NCBI GenBank assembly: GCA_045863295.1
Contig: BTWA01000054.1
Span: 1 to 26,433, forward strand
Direction of reading: 5' to 3'
From: Candidatus Hydrogenedentota bacterium
GTDB lineage: Bacteria > Hydrogenedentota > Hydrogenedentia > Hydrogenedentales > SLHB01
DNA length: 26,433 nucleotides
Part shown: positions 1 through 9,104 of the stretch, in pieces
How the letters are laid out: every line of letters starts with the position of its first letter
How positions within the stretch are numbered: position 1 is the first letter of the stretch
Notes under the pieces: model-generated
What the model saw: the letters and a program-made list of their open reading frames with translations, nothing else
The model's database searches: none
Told to the model about the DNA's origin: nothing
Translations under genes and position numbers: made by a program

Positions 1-56
1 TCCGCGAAGGCGGACGCACCGTCGGCGCCGGCGTGGTCAGCAAGATCATTAAGTAG
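1..56 (+). CDS. tuf: Elongation factor Tu, 3' end only (partial, runs off the window)
   Basis: The frame starting at position 3 reads REGGRTVGAGVVSKIIK*, with TAG at 54-56. This is the conserved EF-Tu C-terminus, and tuf normally precedes tRNA-Trp-secE-nusG. Not in the ORF track. Confidence 0.93.
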   Translation, partial: REGGRTVGAGVVSKIIK

Positions 57-85
57 TGACACACACTACTGAAATTTGATACGAT
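56..85 (+). promoter_or_regulatory. Possible sigma70 promoter for tRNA-Trp/secE-nusG
   Basis: GTGACA (56-61), 18-nt spacer, TACGAT (80-85) with TG at 77-78 in the extended -10 position. Motif match only. Confidence 0.35.
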
Positions 86-100
86 TCGGTTTTTCCGTGC

Positions 101-176
101 AGGACTGTAGCTCAATTGGTAGAGCAGCGGCCTCCAAAGCCGAAGGTTGGGGGTTCAAGTCCCTCCAGTCCTGCCA
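101..176 (+). tRNA. trpT: tRNA-Trp (anticodon CCA)
   Basis: 76-nt cloverleaf: acceptor stem AGGACTG/CAGTCCT, D arm GCTC-AATTGGTA-GAGC, anticodon loop CTCCAAA (CCA at 134-136), T loop TTCAAGT, discriminator G and an encoded CCA end. Canonical position before secE. Confidence 0.97.
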
Positions 177-215
177 GTTTTCTTTTTTTGGTTCTAACTG
201 GAATCGGCACACAAC

Positions 216-500
216 ATGGTTAACACAACGATGACGGCCGACGATTCAAGCTCCAAGAAGGGCGGCGGTCCAAAGGCCGTCAAGGCAGCCAAGCAACCCC
301 AGCCGGGTATTGCGACCCGCATCCGGACTTTCTATCACGAAGTCCGGGTGGAGTTGGAGAAGGTTTCCTGGCCCAGCAAGGAAGAATTGAAAGGCATGAC
401 GGGTGTCGTGCTTTTGACGTTGGCCGTTCTGGGCGCGATCATTGGCGCGTACGACTGGGTGTTCTTGAAGATTGTGCAGTTGGTGCTGCTGCTGGGCTAA
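216..500 (+). CDS. secE: Preprotein translocase subunit SecE (start could be ATG 231)
   Basis: SecE signature ELEKVSWPSKEEL followed by one transmembrane segment. Lies between tRNA-Trp and nusG. Confidence 0.95.
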   Translation: MVNTTMTADDSSSKKGGGPKAVKAAKQPQPGIATRIRTFYHEVRVELEKVSWPSKEELKGMTGVVLLTLAVLGAIIGAYDWVFLKIVQLVLLLG

Positions 501-515
501 CGAGGGCGAAACGTA

Positions 516-1127
516 GTGACAGGCGAACAAACCGAGAGCGAATCTCCCGTGGAAGCGGCAAGTCCGGTTCCGGCGAACGATGGCATCAGGCGGCGGTGGT
601 ACGCGATTCATGCGTATTCCGGGCAGGAAGGCAATGTGCGCAAGCACCTTCGCGCGCATGCCCAACAGGCCAATCTGGAAGATCTCGTTGGTGAGATTCT
701 GGTGCCCATGGAAGAAGTGGCGGAGATCAAGTCCGGTGAGAAGAAGATTTCCAAGCGAAAATTCTTCCCCGGCTACGTGTTAGTTCAGTTGCCGGAGCAC
801 CCGGAGCGGAATCCGGATTTGTGGCACATGATCAAGGAGACCCCTGGGGTATCCGGGTTCATTGGTTCGCGTTCGGTACCGGTGCCTTTGGATGATGCCG
901 AAGTTCAGGCCATTATTGAGGAAGCTCGTGGAGAACGCGAGCGACCGAAGCCGAAGGTCGATTTCGAACAAGGCGAGCGGGTAAAGATTATCGAAGGTCC
1001 TTTTTCCAACTTTCTGGGGAATGTGGACGACATCAATCCGGAGCGCGGCACGCTCAAGGTGATGGTGGAAATATTCGAGCGGTTGACGAGTGTCGAAGTA
1101 GAACTTTGGCAAGTAGAAAAAATCTAG
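516..1127 (+). CDS. nusG: Transcription termination/antitermination factor NusG
   Basis: WYAIHAYSGQE, FFPGYVLV, TPGVSGFIG and the KOW motif GERVKIIEGPF. GTG start after a GAGGG SD. Confidence 0.97.
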   Translation: MTGEQTESESPVEAASPVPANDGIRRRWYAIHAYSGQEGNVRKHLRAHAQQANLEDLVGEILVPMEEVAEIKSGEKKISKRKFFPGYVLVQLPEHPERNPDLWHMIKETPGVSGFIGSRSVPVPLDDAEVQAIIEEARGERERPKPKVDFEQGERVKIIEGPFSNFLGNVDDINPERGTLKVMVEIFERLTSVEVELWQVEKI

Positions 1128-1265
1128 ACGCTGTGGCGCCTGTCCGGATGGCCGGGCACGGCGAGCGCACACAAGACGACGCTTTGGCCGCAGGCCTGAC
1201 GGACGCAATCCGGGACGGCCATCGCGACAAGCCAGGGCATCTGGCGAGGAATCGGAGTAGGAACA

Positions 1266-1712
1266 ATGGGTAAGCCGGCACGCGGTAAAGGTAAAGAAAT
1301 TAAGGCACTGGTGAAGTTGCAGTGCCCGGCTGGTCAGGCGAATCCCGCCCCTCCTGTGGGACCGGCGCTGGGCCAGCACGGCGTGCAGATCATGGAATTC
1401 TGCAAGCAGTTCAATGAGCGCACGAAGGACCAGCAGGGTTTGATCATTCCCGTGGTGATCACCGTGCTTGAGGACCGTTCATTTACGTTCATCACCAAGA
1501 GCCCTCCTGCCGCGGTATTGTTGAAGCGCGCGGCGAAGTTGGCGAAGGGTTCCGGCGAGCCGAACAAGAACAAAGTGGGCACGGTGACCAAGGCGCAGCT
1601 TAAGGAAATCGCCCAGATCAAGATGGCCGATTTGAACGCGGCCAATATGGACACCGCAGCCAGCATGATTGCGGGAACGGCCCGCAGCATGGGCCTTACG
1701 GTCGTCGATTAG
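1266..1712 (+). CDS. rplK: 50S ribosomal protein L11
   Basis: [35 protein letters not shown]-like GGAG/AGGA upstream. Confidence 0.98.
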   Translation: MGKPARGKGKEIKALVKLQCPAGQANPAPPVGPALGQHGVQIMEFCKQFNERTKDQQGLIIPVVITVLEDRSFTFITKSPPAAVLLKRAAKLAKGSGEPNKNKVGTVTKAQLKEIAQIKMADLNAANMDTAASMIAGTARSMGLTVVD

Positions 1713-1788
1713 TTTTTTGATCGCGTGTCTCCGGCGGCGGGGCCATGCCGATTTGTATGCAGCGGCTGCGACGAGCGCAGCAAACCCA

Positions 1789-1831
1789 TTGTGGGAGGAC
1801 CGGCCGCACCGGTCCGCGTAACCACAAGGAG
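1789..1831 (+). promoter_or_regulatory. Putative ribosomal protein L1-binding mRNA leader (autogenous operator)
   Basis: Outer helix TTGTGG/CCACAA and inner helix GGACCGG-CCGCA-CCGGTCC, joined by an asymmetric loop in a GGGAG...TAAC context. It abuts the rplA SD AGGAG (1827-1831) and matches the known L1-site architecture. Confidence 0.75.
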
Positions 1832-1842
1832 CAGTGACAGCC

Positions 1843-2556
1843 ATGCCTAAGACCAGCAAGCGTGTAACGTCCATCAAATCCAAACTGGAAGCACGCGCCA
1901 CGTACACCCTCGAAGACGCATCCGCCAAGTGCAAGGAATGCGCGACGGCGAAATTTGACGAAACGATCGAGCTTGCCTTTTACCTCGGGGTCGACCCGCG
2001 CCACGCGGACCAGATGGTTCGCGGCGCCGTGGCACTGCCTCACGGCACGGGGCGCGATGTGCGTGTCGTAGTGTTCTGCATGCAATCGGAACAACAAAAA
2101 GCCGCTACGGATGCGGGCGCGCTCGAAGTGGGTTCGGAAGAATTGGTCAAGAAGGTGGAAGGCGGCTGGACCGATTTTGACGCCGTGGTTGCCACGCCCG
2201 ACATGATGGGCATGGTGGGCAAGCTGGGTAAGGTTCTGGGGCCGCGCGGTCTGATGCCGAGTCCGAAAGCGGGTACCGTTACCCCGAATGTCGGCCAGGC
2301 AGTTGCGGAAATCCGCAAAGGTAAAATCGAATTTCGCGTGGACAAGAACGCGAACCTTCACGTGCCGGTTGGCAAAGCTTCGTTCAGCGCGGAACAGATC
2401 GCGGAGAATGCGGCGGCGGTTTTGGAGTCCGTGTCCAAGGCGCGGCCGTCGACCTGCAAAGGTACCTATCTAAAATCCTGCACCATGAGCAGCACCATGG
2501 GTCCCGGCTTCCGGTTGGATGCAGGGTATCTGTCGTCCCGTTTCAAGGCCAGCTAG
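1843..2556 (+). CDS. rplA: 50S ribosomal protein L1
   Basis: [49 protein letters not shown] 1843 is preferred over GTG 1834 on SD spacing. Confidence 0.98.
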   Translation: MPKTSKRVTSIKSKLEARATYTLEDASAKCKECATAKFDETIELAFYLGVDPRHADQMVRGAVALPHGTGRDVRVVVFCMQSEQQKAATDAGALEVGSEELVKKVEGGWTDFDAVVATPDMMGMVGKLGKVLGPRGLMPSPKAGTVTPNVGQAVAEIRKGKIEFRVDKNANLHVPVGKASFSAEQIAENAAAVLESVSKARPSTCKGTYLKSCTMSSTMGPGFRLDAGYLSSRFKAS

Positions 2557-2597
2557 ACCCGCGAATTCAACGGCACTATCGCGAAAAAGGGCACTCC

Positions 2598-3767
2598 ATG
2601 AGTACGTCACGCAAAGGGATTCTTTTTACATCCGAGTCGGTTACCGAAGGACATCCGGACAAGGTTGCCGACTGTGTATCCGATTCGGTTCTTGACGCCA
2701 TGTTGGAACAAGATCCGTACAGCCGTGTGGCGTGCGAGACTTTAGTCAATACGGGTCTTTGCGTGGTGGCCGGCGAGATCACTTCGAAGGCCGTAGTCGA
2801 CATTCCTGCCGTGGTTCGAAAGGCGATCACGGGAATAGGATACGTGGGCGGCGATTCCGGGTTCGACGGCAATCAATGTGCCGTTCTCGTGAACCTGGAC
2901 AAACAAAGTCCTGATATTGCAATGGGTGTCGACTCTTCGGACACCAAGGAGCAGGGTGCGGGCGACCAAGGCATGATGTTCGGTTATGCCTCGAACGAGA
3001 CACCCGAGTTGATGCCGCTGCCGATTTCGCTGGCGCACAAGCTGGGTTTAAAGCTTTCGGAGTTGCGCAAGAACGGCACGTTGCCTTGGCTTCAGCCGGA
3101 TGGCAAGTCGCAGGTGACTGTGGAATATGTGGACGGCAAGCCCGTGCGCATCGACACAGTGGTGATTTCGAATCAGCATTCGCCGGAAGTTTCGAATGAC
3201 GTGATTCGGAAGGAGATCATCGACAAGGTCATTGCGCCGATATTGCCCAAGGATTTGATTAACGGCGAAGTGAAATATCATATCAATCCAACGGGCAGGT
3301 TTGTCGTAGGCGGACCGGTGGGCGACAGCGGCCTTACAGGGCGCAAAATCATTGTCGACACGTACGGCGGCATGGGACGCCATGGCGGAGGCGCTTTCTC
3401 GGGCAAGGATCCATCCAAAGTCGATCGTTCCGCGGCCTACATGGCGCGCTACATTGCGAAGAACGTTGTGGCGGCGGGGTTGGCGGAGCGTTGCGAAGTG
3501 CAGTTGGCGTACGCCATCGGCGTTGCGCAACCGGTATCAATCAATGCGACAACGTTTGGTACGGGCAAACTGGATGATGCGGCTCTGGGCGAATTGCTGT
3601 CGAAACACTTTGATTGCCGTCCCGCGGCGATCATTGAGAAGCTGGAACTTCGCAAGCCCATTTACAAGAAGACCTCCGCGTACGGCCACTTTGGCCGCGA
3701 AGATCAGGGCTTCAAATGGGAAGAGACGGATCAGGCTTCCGCATTGAAGAAACTCGCCGGCATCTAG
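2598..3767 (+). CDS. metK: S-adenosylmethionine synthetase
   Basis: [41 protein letters not shown]. Confidence 0.98.
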   Translation: MSTSRKGILFTSESVTEGHPDKVADCVSDSVLDAMLEQDPYSRVACETLVNTGLCVVAGEITSKAVVDIPAVVRKAITGIGYVGGDSGFDGNQCAVLVNLDKQSPDIAMGVDSSDTKEQGAGDQGMMFGYASNETPELMPLPISLAHKLGLKLSELRKNGTLPWLQPDGKSQVTVEYVDGKPVRIDTVVISNQHSPEVSNDVIRKEIIDKVIAPILPKDLINGEVKYHINPTGRFVVGGPVGDSGLTGRKIIVDTYGGMGRHGGGAFSGKDPSKVDRSAAYMARYIAKNVVAAGLAERCEVQLAYAIGVAQPVSINATTFGTGKLDDAALGELLSKHFDCRPAAIIEKLELRKPIYKKTSAYGHFGREDQGFKWEETDQASALKKLAGI

Positions 3768-3784
3768 CCCGGCGGTACGGACAA

Positions 3785-3813
3785 AGGCCGTTCCCAAATA
3801 GGGACAACGGCCT
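3785..3813 (+). terminator. Stem-loop downstream of metK (weak terminator or RNA stability hairpin)
   Basis: Inverted repeat AGGCCGTT-CCC-AAATA-GGG-AC-AACGGCCT with no following U tract. Confidence 0.4.
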
Positions 3814-3886
3814 CAGCAACAACATGCAAGGCGTTGCAACCAACGCTTGACCCCTATCCACGGGACCAGAAGGAAAGAGGCTGACC

Positions 3887-4039
3887 ATGAATAAGTTGAC
3901 TTCGCGTGACCTTTTTGAAGGCGGCGAACACGGTGACAGCGAAGGGCACGTATTTTCTATCGTGCATGAAGGCAAGACCATCAAGGTCAAGTGCGCGTCG
4001 CTCATTGCGTTGTTTAGTCAAGACGCCGTAATGAACTAA
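3887..4039 (+). CDS. Small uncalled 50-aa protein, weakly HemP-like
   Basis: MNKLTSRDLFEGGEHGDSEGHVFSIVHEGKTIKVKCASLIALFSQDAVMN*. Purine-rich SD AGGAAAGAGG ends 6 nt before the ATG, and a terminator hairpin starts 22 nt after the TAA. Shorter than any ORF in the track. Confidence 0.65.
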   Translation: MNKLTSRDLFEGGEHGDSEGHVFSIVHEGKTIKVKCASLIALFSQDAVMN

Positions 4040-4061
4040 TCGCACTCGCATACGTTCGCAC

Positions 4062-4104
4062 AAGGGTTTTCTCCGCACACGTGATTGCCGGAGAAAACCC
4101 TTTT
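4062..4104 (+). terminator. Intrinsic terminator after the 50-aa ORF
   Basis: Perfect 14-bp inverted repeat AAGGGTTTTCTCCG (4062-4075) / CGGAGAAAACCCTT (4089-4102), ending in TTTT. Confidence 0.7.
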
Positions 4105-4214
4105 CGCATTCCACGGCGGAGCGCGGATTCAGGTACAATCACCGCCTGACTTGCACCGTGCGATTCGGATGTTCGTCCGCCCGCAGGCGTATTAGAGGCA
4201 AGGTGTTGTCCAGG

Positions 4215-5321
4215 ATGCGAATCGTTCATGTTTACAAGGACTTCATGCCTCCCGTTCAAGGGGGCATGGAGCATCATATGGCGCTCATGTGCCGTTTTCA
4301 GCGCCAATGGGCCGATGTGAGCGCATTGACTTGCAGCCGGACCCTATGGACTCGAGAGGAGATGCGCAACGGCACGCGCGTGACTGAAGTAGGGGAATGG
4401 GGCCGTTTTCAGAGTGCTCCGGCTTCACCCTTGTTTCCATGGCACATGCGGCGGACGGGCGCGGATGTGATGGTCGTTCATTGTCCCAATCCGACCGCAG
4501 AGATTGGTTTTCTGATCGCGCGTCCCCGGAGCAAACTGGTAGTCCGGTATCAGAGCGATGTCGTGCGTCAGGCCGCGGCCTTTCGCATGTACGGTCCGAT
4601 CCAAATGAAAATGCTCCGGAAAGCTGATATGATCCTGGTGCATTCGCAGGCCTATCTTGACACTTCGCCTGTTCTGGGAGCAGTACGCGATCGATGCCAA
4701 GTGCTGCCGTTGGGCATCCTTCCCGAAGAATTTCAGGAGCCCGACCCCGATCTGGTAGCCAGTCTGCCGACGCGCTACGGCGGCCCGTTTGTATTGTTCA
4801 GCGGCCGACACCGGTACTATAAGGGGCTTGAGTATTTGGTGCGCGCGGCCAAAGAAATCCGTGCGTCGGTTGTACTGGCGGGGAACGGGCCCGAACGCGC
4901 CGCATGTGAAGATCTTGCGCGGACTCTGGGTGTCCCGGTGTTTTTCCCGGGTAGTCTCACTCATGACGAGTTAAAGGCCCATTTGCATGCATGCGCGGTG
5001 TTTGTGTTTCCCTCGGTGGAACGCAGCGAAGCCTACGGCATTTCGATGTTGGAAGCACACGCCTGCGGAAAGCCCGTGGTTGCCACGAAACTGGGTACAG
5101 GGGTTGAGTTCGTGAATCTGGATGGTGTGACCGGAATCAATGTTCCGCCGCGCGATCCCGGGGCGTTAGCGGCGGCCGTGAACCAGTTGTTGGCCAACGA
5201 CGTACTGAGGGAAACGTATGGGGCTGCCGCTCGCGACCGGGTATGCGCGGAGTTTCATGCGGAACGAATCGCGCGGCAGGAGTTCGAACTTTACCGGCGC
5301 CTTATCGGCCACACGGAGTAA
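4215..5321 (+). CDS. Glycosyltransferase, family 4 (GT-B fold)
   Basis: N-terminal MRIVHVYKDF..GGME, GRHRYYKGL, and FPSVERSEAYGISMLEAHACGKPVV (E-x7-E motif). ATG 4215 is preferred to the track's GTG 4158. Confidence 0.9.
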   Translation: MRIVHVYKDFMPPVQGGMEHHMALMCRFQRQWADVSALTCSRTLWTREEMRNGTRVTEVGEWGRFQSAPASPLFPWHMRRTGADVMVVHCPNPTAEIGFLIARPRSKLVVRYQSDVVRQAAAFRMYGPIQMKMLRKADMILVHSQAYLDTSPVLGAVRDRCQVLPLGILPEEFQEPDPDLVASLPTRYGGPFVLFSGRHRYYKGLEYLVRAAKEIRASVVLAGNGPERAACEDLARTLGVPVFFPGSLTHDELKAHLHACAVFVFPSVERSEAYGISMLEAHACGKPVVATKLGTGVEFVNLDGVTGINVPPRDPGALAAAVNQLLANDVLRETYGAAARDRVCAEFHAERIARQEFELYRRLIGHTE

Positions 5322-5330
5322 GACCCGGAC

Positions 5331-6443
5331 ATGACGACCTGGAACCTCTGGTATGCCGTTTGTGCCGCGGCCCTTGCGATGTCCTTTGTGGTTTCGCTGA
5401 TCCTGACCGAAGTAATGCGGCGAGTATCGCTGCGTTGGGGCGTACTGGATCATCCCGGCGAGCGCAAGCTACAGGCCAAACCGATGCCGCTGCTTGGCGG
5501 CGCGGCCATTTGGTTGACGGTATATGGGGTCATTGGCGCAGGCTTGGCCGCTCTGTTTGCGATTCGTCCGCTCGATGTTCAATGGGTCCAGGATCACGTA
5601 GTTTCTTTCTTGGGAAGCGGTTCCGGCGTATGGTGGAAGCTTGCGGGACTGTTTCTCGGCGGGGCTTGCATATTTGTGCTCGGCCTGATTGATGACATGG
5701 CCACCCTGCGTCCGTCAATGAAGCTGGCCGGGCAGATCGTCTCGGCGACGGTACTCGTTTTGTTTGGCATTCATGTGGACTTCTTTAATCCGTACTGGCC
5801 GCTCAATTGGCTATTCACAATCGGTTGGGTTGTCATGATGACCAATTCCATGAACTTGCTCGACAACATGGACGGTCTTTCCAGCGGTGTGTCTGCGATT
5901 GCGGCGCTGTCATTCTTCGCATGTGTGTTGCCCGCGGGTCAGACCTTTGTTTGCGTATTGTTGATGGTGTTTGCCGGTGCGGTGGCAGGGTTTTTGTTTC
6001 ACAACTTTCACCCCGCACGCATCTTCATGGGCGACGCAGGGGCCATGTTTTGCGGGTACTTTCTGGCGACCGTGGCCGTGTTGGGCACGTTTTACCGTCA
6101 CGACACGACGGCATCCTGGGTGGCGCTGGCTGCGCCGCTTCTCGCGCTGGGCGTACCCATTTTTGACACGTTGAGCGTGATGTACATTCGTTGGAGGCGG
6201 GGTGAATCCATCATGATGGGCGACAAACGTCATTTCTCGCACCGGCTTGTTGAACTTGGCATGACGCAACGGCAGGCGGTCGAGTTTATCTACTTTGTCG
6301 CCGCGGTAACCGGTCTGGGTGCGGCATTGTTACACCGGCTGGACGGGCTTGGCACGGCGATCGTATTGGCTCAGGCCGTTGGCGTGTTTTCTCTCATCGT
6401 CTTGTTGATGAATGCGACCGTGAAAGGAAACCGCGGCGGGTGA
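5331..6443 (+). CDS. Undecaprenyl-phosphate HexNAc-1-phosphate transferase (WecA/TagO type, MraY superfamily)
   Basis: DHPGERKLQ..PMPLLGG, GLIDD, NSMNLLDNMDGL, IFMGDAGA, HFSHRL. Polytopic membrane protein. Confidence 0.9.
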   Translation: MTTWNLWYAVCAAALAMSFVVSLILTEVMRRVSLRWGVLDHPGERKLQAKPMPLLGGAAIWLTVYGVIGAGLAALFAIRPLDVQWVQDHVVSFLGSGSGVWWKLAGLFLGGACIFVLGLIDDMATLRPSMKLAGQIVSATVLVLFGIHVDFFNPYWPLNWLFTIGWVVMMTNSMNLLDNMDGLSSGVSAIAALSFFACVLPAGQTFVCVLLMVFAGAVAGFLFHNFHPARIFMGDAGAMFCGYFLATVAVLGTFYRHDTTASWVALAAPLLALGVPIFDTLSVMYIRWRRGESIMMGDKRHFSHRLVELGMTQRQAVEFIYFVAAVTGLGAALLHRLDGLGTAIVLAQAVGVFSLIVLLMNATVKGNRGG

Positions 6444-9049
6444 GCAGCAAGAACGCACCACAGAAGCCATTGGAACATGACCCTCAACCGGGTCGGGTTG
6501 GCGATACAGACGGCGGGTTCTGGAGGTCAATCTCACTCAACGAGTGGGTCTCTGCGATACTCATCGGGCTGGTCGTCTTTCTCCGTCCATGGAATGACGG
6601 AATTACCTATCCCGATCGGAACGCCTATTTTCTCTTTGTCATATTGGCGGCGTGCGTATTCTGGGCGGTGCGTCCCGCCATCGGCCGCATTTCCTTCAGA
6701 TCTTGTGTTCCCGTGTCGATGTTGCTTGGCTACCTCGCGATCGCGGGGGTTGCGACTTGGTACAGCGTTCAGTATGGCGCGAGTTACCGGAGCTTCATGA
6801 TCTGGTCAGGACATGTGCTGCTGTTTGCGCTGATGGCGAACGGCTTTCGCACCCGGCAGACACTTGCCCTGGTGCTGGTTTTTTTTGCGGTTACGTCGCT
6901 TGCTGAGACCTTGTTCAGTTTCATGCACGTAAAATGGATTATGCCCGCGACCCGCGAACAAATCATGACCAACCCCATGTTACTTCGGCAGTATTTTCGC
7001 AGCGACGTGCTGACACCAGACATTCAGCACCGGCTTGAAAGTAATCGCGCCACCGGCACGCTGCTTTTTGCCAATGCGTTGGGCGCTTGGTTAATACTCG
7101 GCATTCCGTTTGCCCTTGGCATAATTGGGTATAGTTTTGCGCGATTGAAGAGTCGGATGCGAAGTGGAGTGGAAGTTAATCCGGCCGATCCGGAATCTCG
7201 CGTGCCGCTTTTGGCCGCTTTGTTTGCGTTCTGCGGTGTGTTCGTGGCGATATCCGTTCATTACACGTTTTATTTCTATTACGCGTATCCAGGCGATACG
7301 TGGACCCATCACCTCGTGCGATGGACCGTGTACTGTTTTGTAATTCCGCTTGTTTCGTCTATCGGTGCGTTCTGGTTTACACGACGGTACGGCGGGTATG
7401 CCTGCTGGCTCTTGTTCGCGGCGATATTCTGCGCCTTTATTGTTGTGTTTCAGACCATCGCACTCGGTCTTACATATTCGCGTGGCGCTATGTTGGGATT
7501 GGCTGCCGCGATGCTGCTTGGAGCGCTGCTCCTTTGGCGGCGGGGGCGAGGTTTACCGGTCTTGGACAGGCGTTGGCCTGCGTGGGCGGGAGCCGCGATC
7601 CTGCTGATCGTGGTTCTGGCAATGACGGCGCAACCGTGGGCGCATGCTCAAGATGCACCTCCGGCAAAACCTGACGCCGCACTTGAAACGAGCGGCCGCA
7701 ATGTGGCGCTGGATGATTTGATGAATCCGGCCACGGCGTTCTTGCGGCTTTCGTACTGGGCTGCCGGAGTGAAGATGGCCCGGGATTATTTCTTCACCGG
7801 TGTCGGTCCAGGGAATTTTGGATCCATGTATCCCCGGTATCAGCTCATTGGCGGCGGCGAAGTGAAGCAGGCCCATAACGACTACTTGCAAATCTGGTGC
7901 GAGACCGGCGTATTTGGTGCGGCCGCGTTCGTCGCCTTTTGGATATACTTCGTGGTGTGGGGCAGCAGGCGCATTGCGTCGGAAGCCGATTCCGGGGATC
8001 GTTGGATGCTGACCGGCCTCTTTTGCAGCGTCGTTGCTTTCCTCCTGCATGCGGCCGTCGATTTCAATTTTGCCAATCCCAGCCTGGCGACCCCGGGCTT
8101 TCTCCTTGCAGGGGCATTTTTCGGATTTGCCGCGAAGCCTGGCCGCTCGCCGGCCGGCGAAGTAACAGGAGCCCGATCACGAATTTTTGGGGCGTCGGTT
8201 CTCATTTTGGCTGTGGTTCTCGCCTTAGGCCAATTTCGAGTCAGCCGTCAATCCATGCTGATTGGCGACGAGGGGGAGCGCTACCGGCGGTTCGACGCGG
8301 CGCGAGTGTGTCTGGATTGGGCTGAAGATCCGCAAACCAACGCGGCGCCGATGAAGAATATTCTGATGGATTCCATGGTGGCATCCTTCTTCCCTGAACG
8401 GGCGGTGCGGGAACAGTTTGGGGTCATCTGGGTTCCGGTCGGACAGGGAACGACCAAGGGCCGCGTACTTCAGCCGGAGGAATCGCTTGAACCCTTTGCG
8501 GCCGTGGCCTTTCTGCAGGTCAGGGACTTTAAGGAATTGGGCGAGAAAGCGCATCAGCAAATCGGTTACTGGCTGGAACAAAGCAAGCAGGCCGATGCCC
8601 TGTTCCCGCATGACCTGGAATTGGGAGTTCACATTTATCTCTGGCACGAGTTGCTCTATTCCAAGACATCAGATCCCGAGAAGCAGCGTTTCTACGCGGA
8701 TATGTGCGTATATTGGGCGGAAATATGTGAGTCGCGCTGTCCGAGGCAAAGCGCTTACCAGGAACTTGTGGGCCGGGCACTGTGGCGGCGGGGCCGAATT
8801 GCCAGCGGAGACGAGGCCACGCGTTATTTTGAGAATGCGCTGCAACATTATAAGATGGCGGCTGAATACTATCCCGTGCGGCCAGAGGTATGGGATGAGT
8901 ACAATGTCCGTTGCGTGGCGCTGGGCGACCGTTACCAATCTCTGGGGTTGGCAGAGAAGGCCGAAGCCACGCGCGCAGAAGGCCGGCGGGCGAAGGACTT
9001 TGCCAACAGTCTTCGCGAGGCCTGGGCGAAGACCAAGCCCTTATCGTGA
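6440..9049 (+). CDS. O-antigen ligase (Wzy_C)-family membrane protein with a C-terminal helical/TPR-like region
   Basis: RATGTLLFANALG, LTYSRGA, R..YW, GVGPGNF, AHNDYLQIWCETG, LLHAAVDFNF, with many TM segments. GTGA overlap with the upstream gene. Confidence 0.85.
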   Translation: MSSKNAPQKPLEHDPQPGRVGDTDGGFWRSISLNEWVSAILIGLVVFLRPWNDGITYPDRNAYFLFVILAACVFWAVRPAIGRISFRSCVPVSMLLGYLAIAGVATWYSVQYGASYRSFMIWSGHVLLFALMANGFRTRQTLALVLVFFAVTSLAETLFSFMHVKWIMPATREQIMTNPMLLRQYFRSDVLTPDIQHRLESNRATGTLLFANALGAWLILGIPFALGIIGYSFARLKSRMRSGVEVNPADPESRVPLLAALFAFCGVFVAISVHYTFYFYYAYPGDTWTHHLVRWTVYCFVIPLVSSIGAFWFTRRYGGYACWLLFAAIFCAFIVVFQTIALGLTYSRGAMLGLAAAMLLGALLLWRRGRGLPVLDRRWPAWAGAAILLIVVLAMTAQPWAHAQDAPPAKPDAALETSGRNVALDDLMNPATAFLRLSYWAAGVKMARDYFFTGVGPGNFGSMYPRYQLIGGGEVKQAHNDYLQIWCETGVFGAAAFVAFWIYFVVWGSRRIASEADSGDRWMLTGLFCSVVAFLLHAAVDFNFANPSLATPGFLLAGAFFGFAAKPGRSPAGEVTGARSRIFGASVLILAVVLALGQFRVSRQSMLIGDEGERYRRFDAARVCLDWAEDPQTNAAPMKNILMDSMVASFFPERAVREQFGVIWVPVGQGTTKGRVLQPEESLEPFAAVAFLQVRDFKELGEKAHQQIGYWLEQSKQADALFPHDLELGVHIYLWHELLYSKTSDPEKQRFYADMCVYWAEICESRCPRQSAYQELVGRALWRRGRIASGDEATRYFENALQHYKMAAEYYPVRPEVWDEYNVRCVALGDRYQSLGLAEKAEATRAEGRRAKDFANSLREAWAKTKPLS

Positions 9050-9104
9050 GTCGGCCCTATCGCAGCCTGGCAGCGATTAAACAAGGTGGGACGGGAACAA
9101 CACC

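Noticed and set aside
1128..1265. Structured ncRNA or L1 site in the nusG-rplK spacer
   Set aside because: GC-rich hairpins are possible (e.g. TGTCCGG/CCGGGCA), but I see no family motif and such stems are expected at this GC content.
2557..2597. SAM riboswitch upstream of metK
   Set aside because: The 41-nt gap is too short for SAM-I and shows no recognisable riboswitch motif.
3854..4138. 94-aa minus-strand ORF in the gap between metK and the glycosyltransferase
   Set aside because: It runs through the terminator hairpin and has no recognisable motif. The + strand 50-aa ORF, with SD and terminator, explains the region better.
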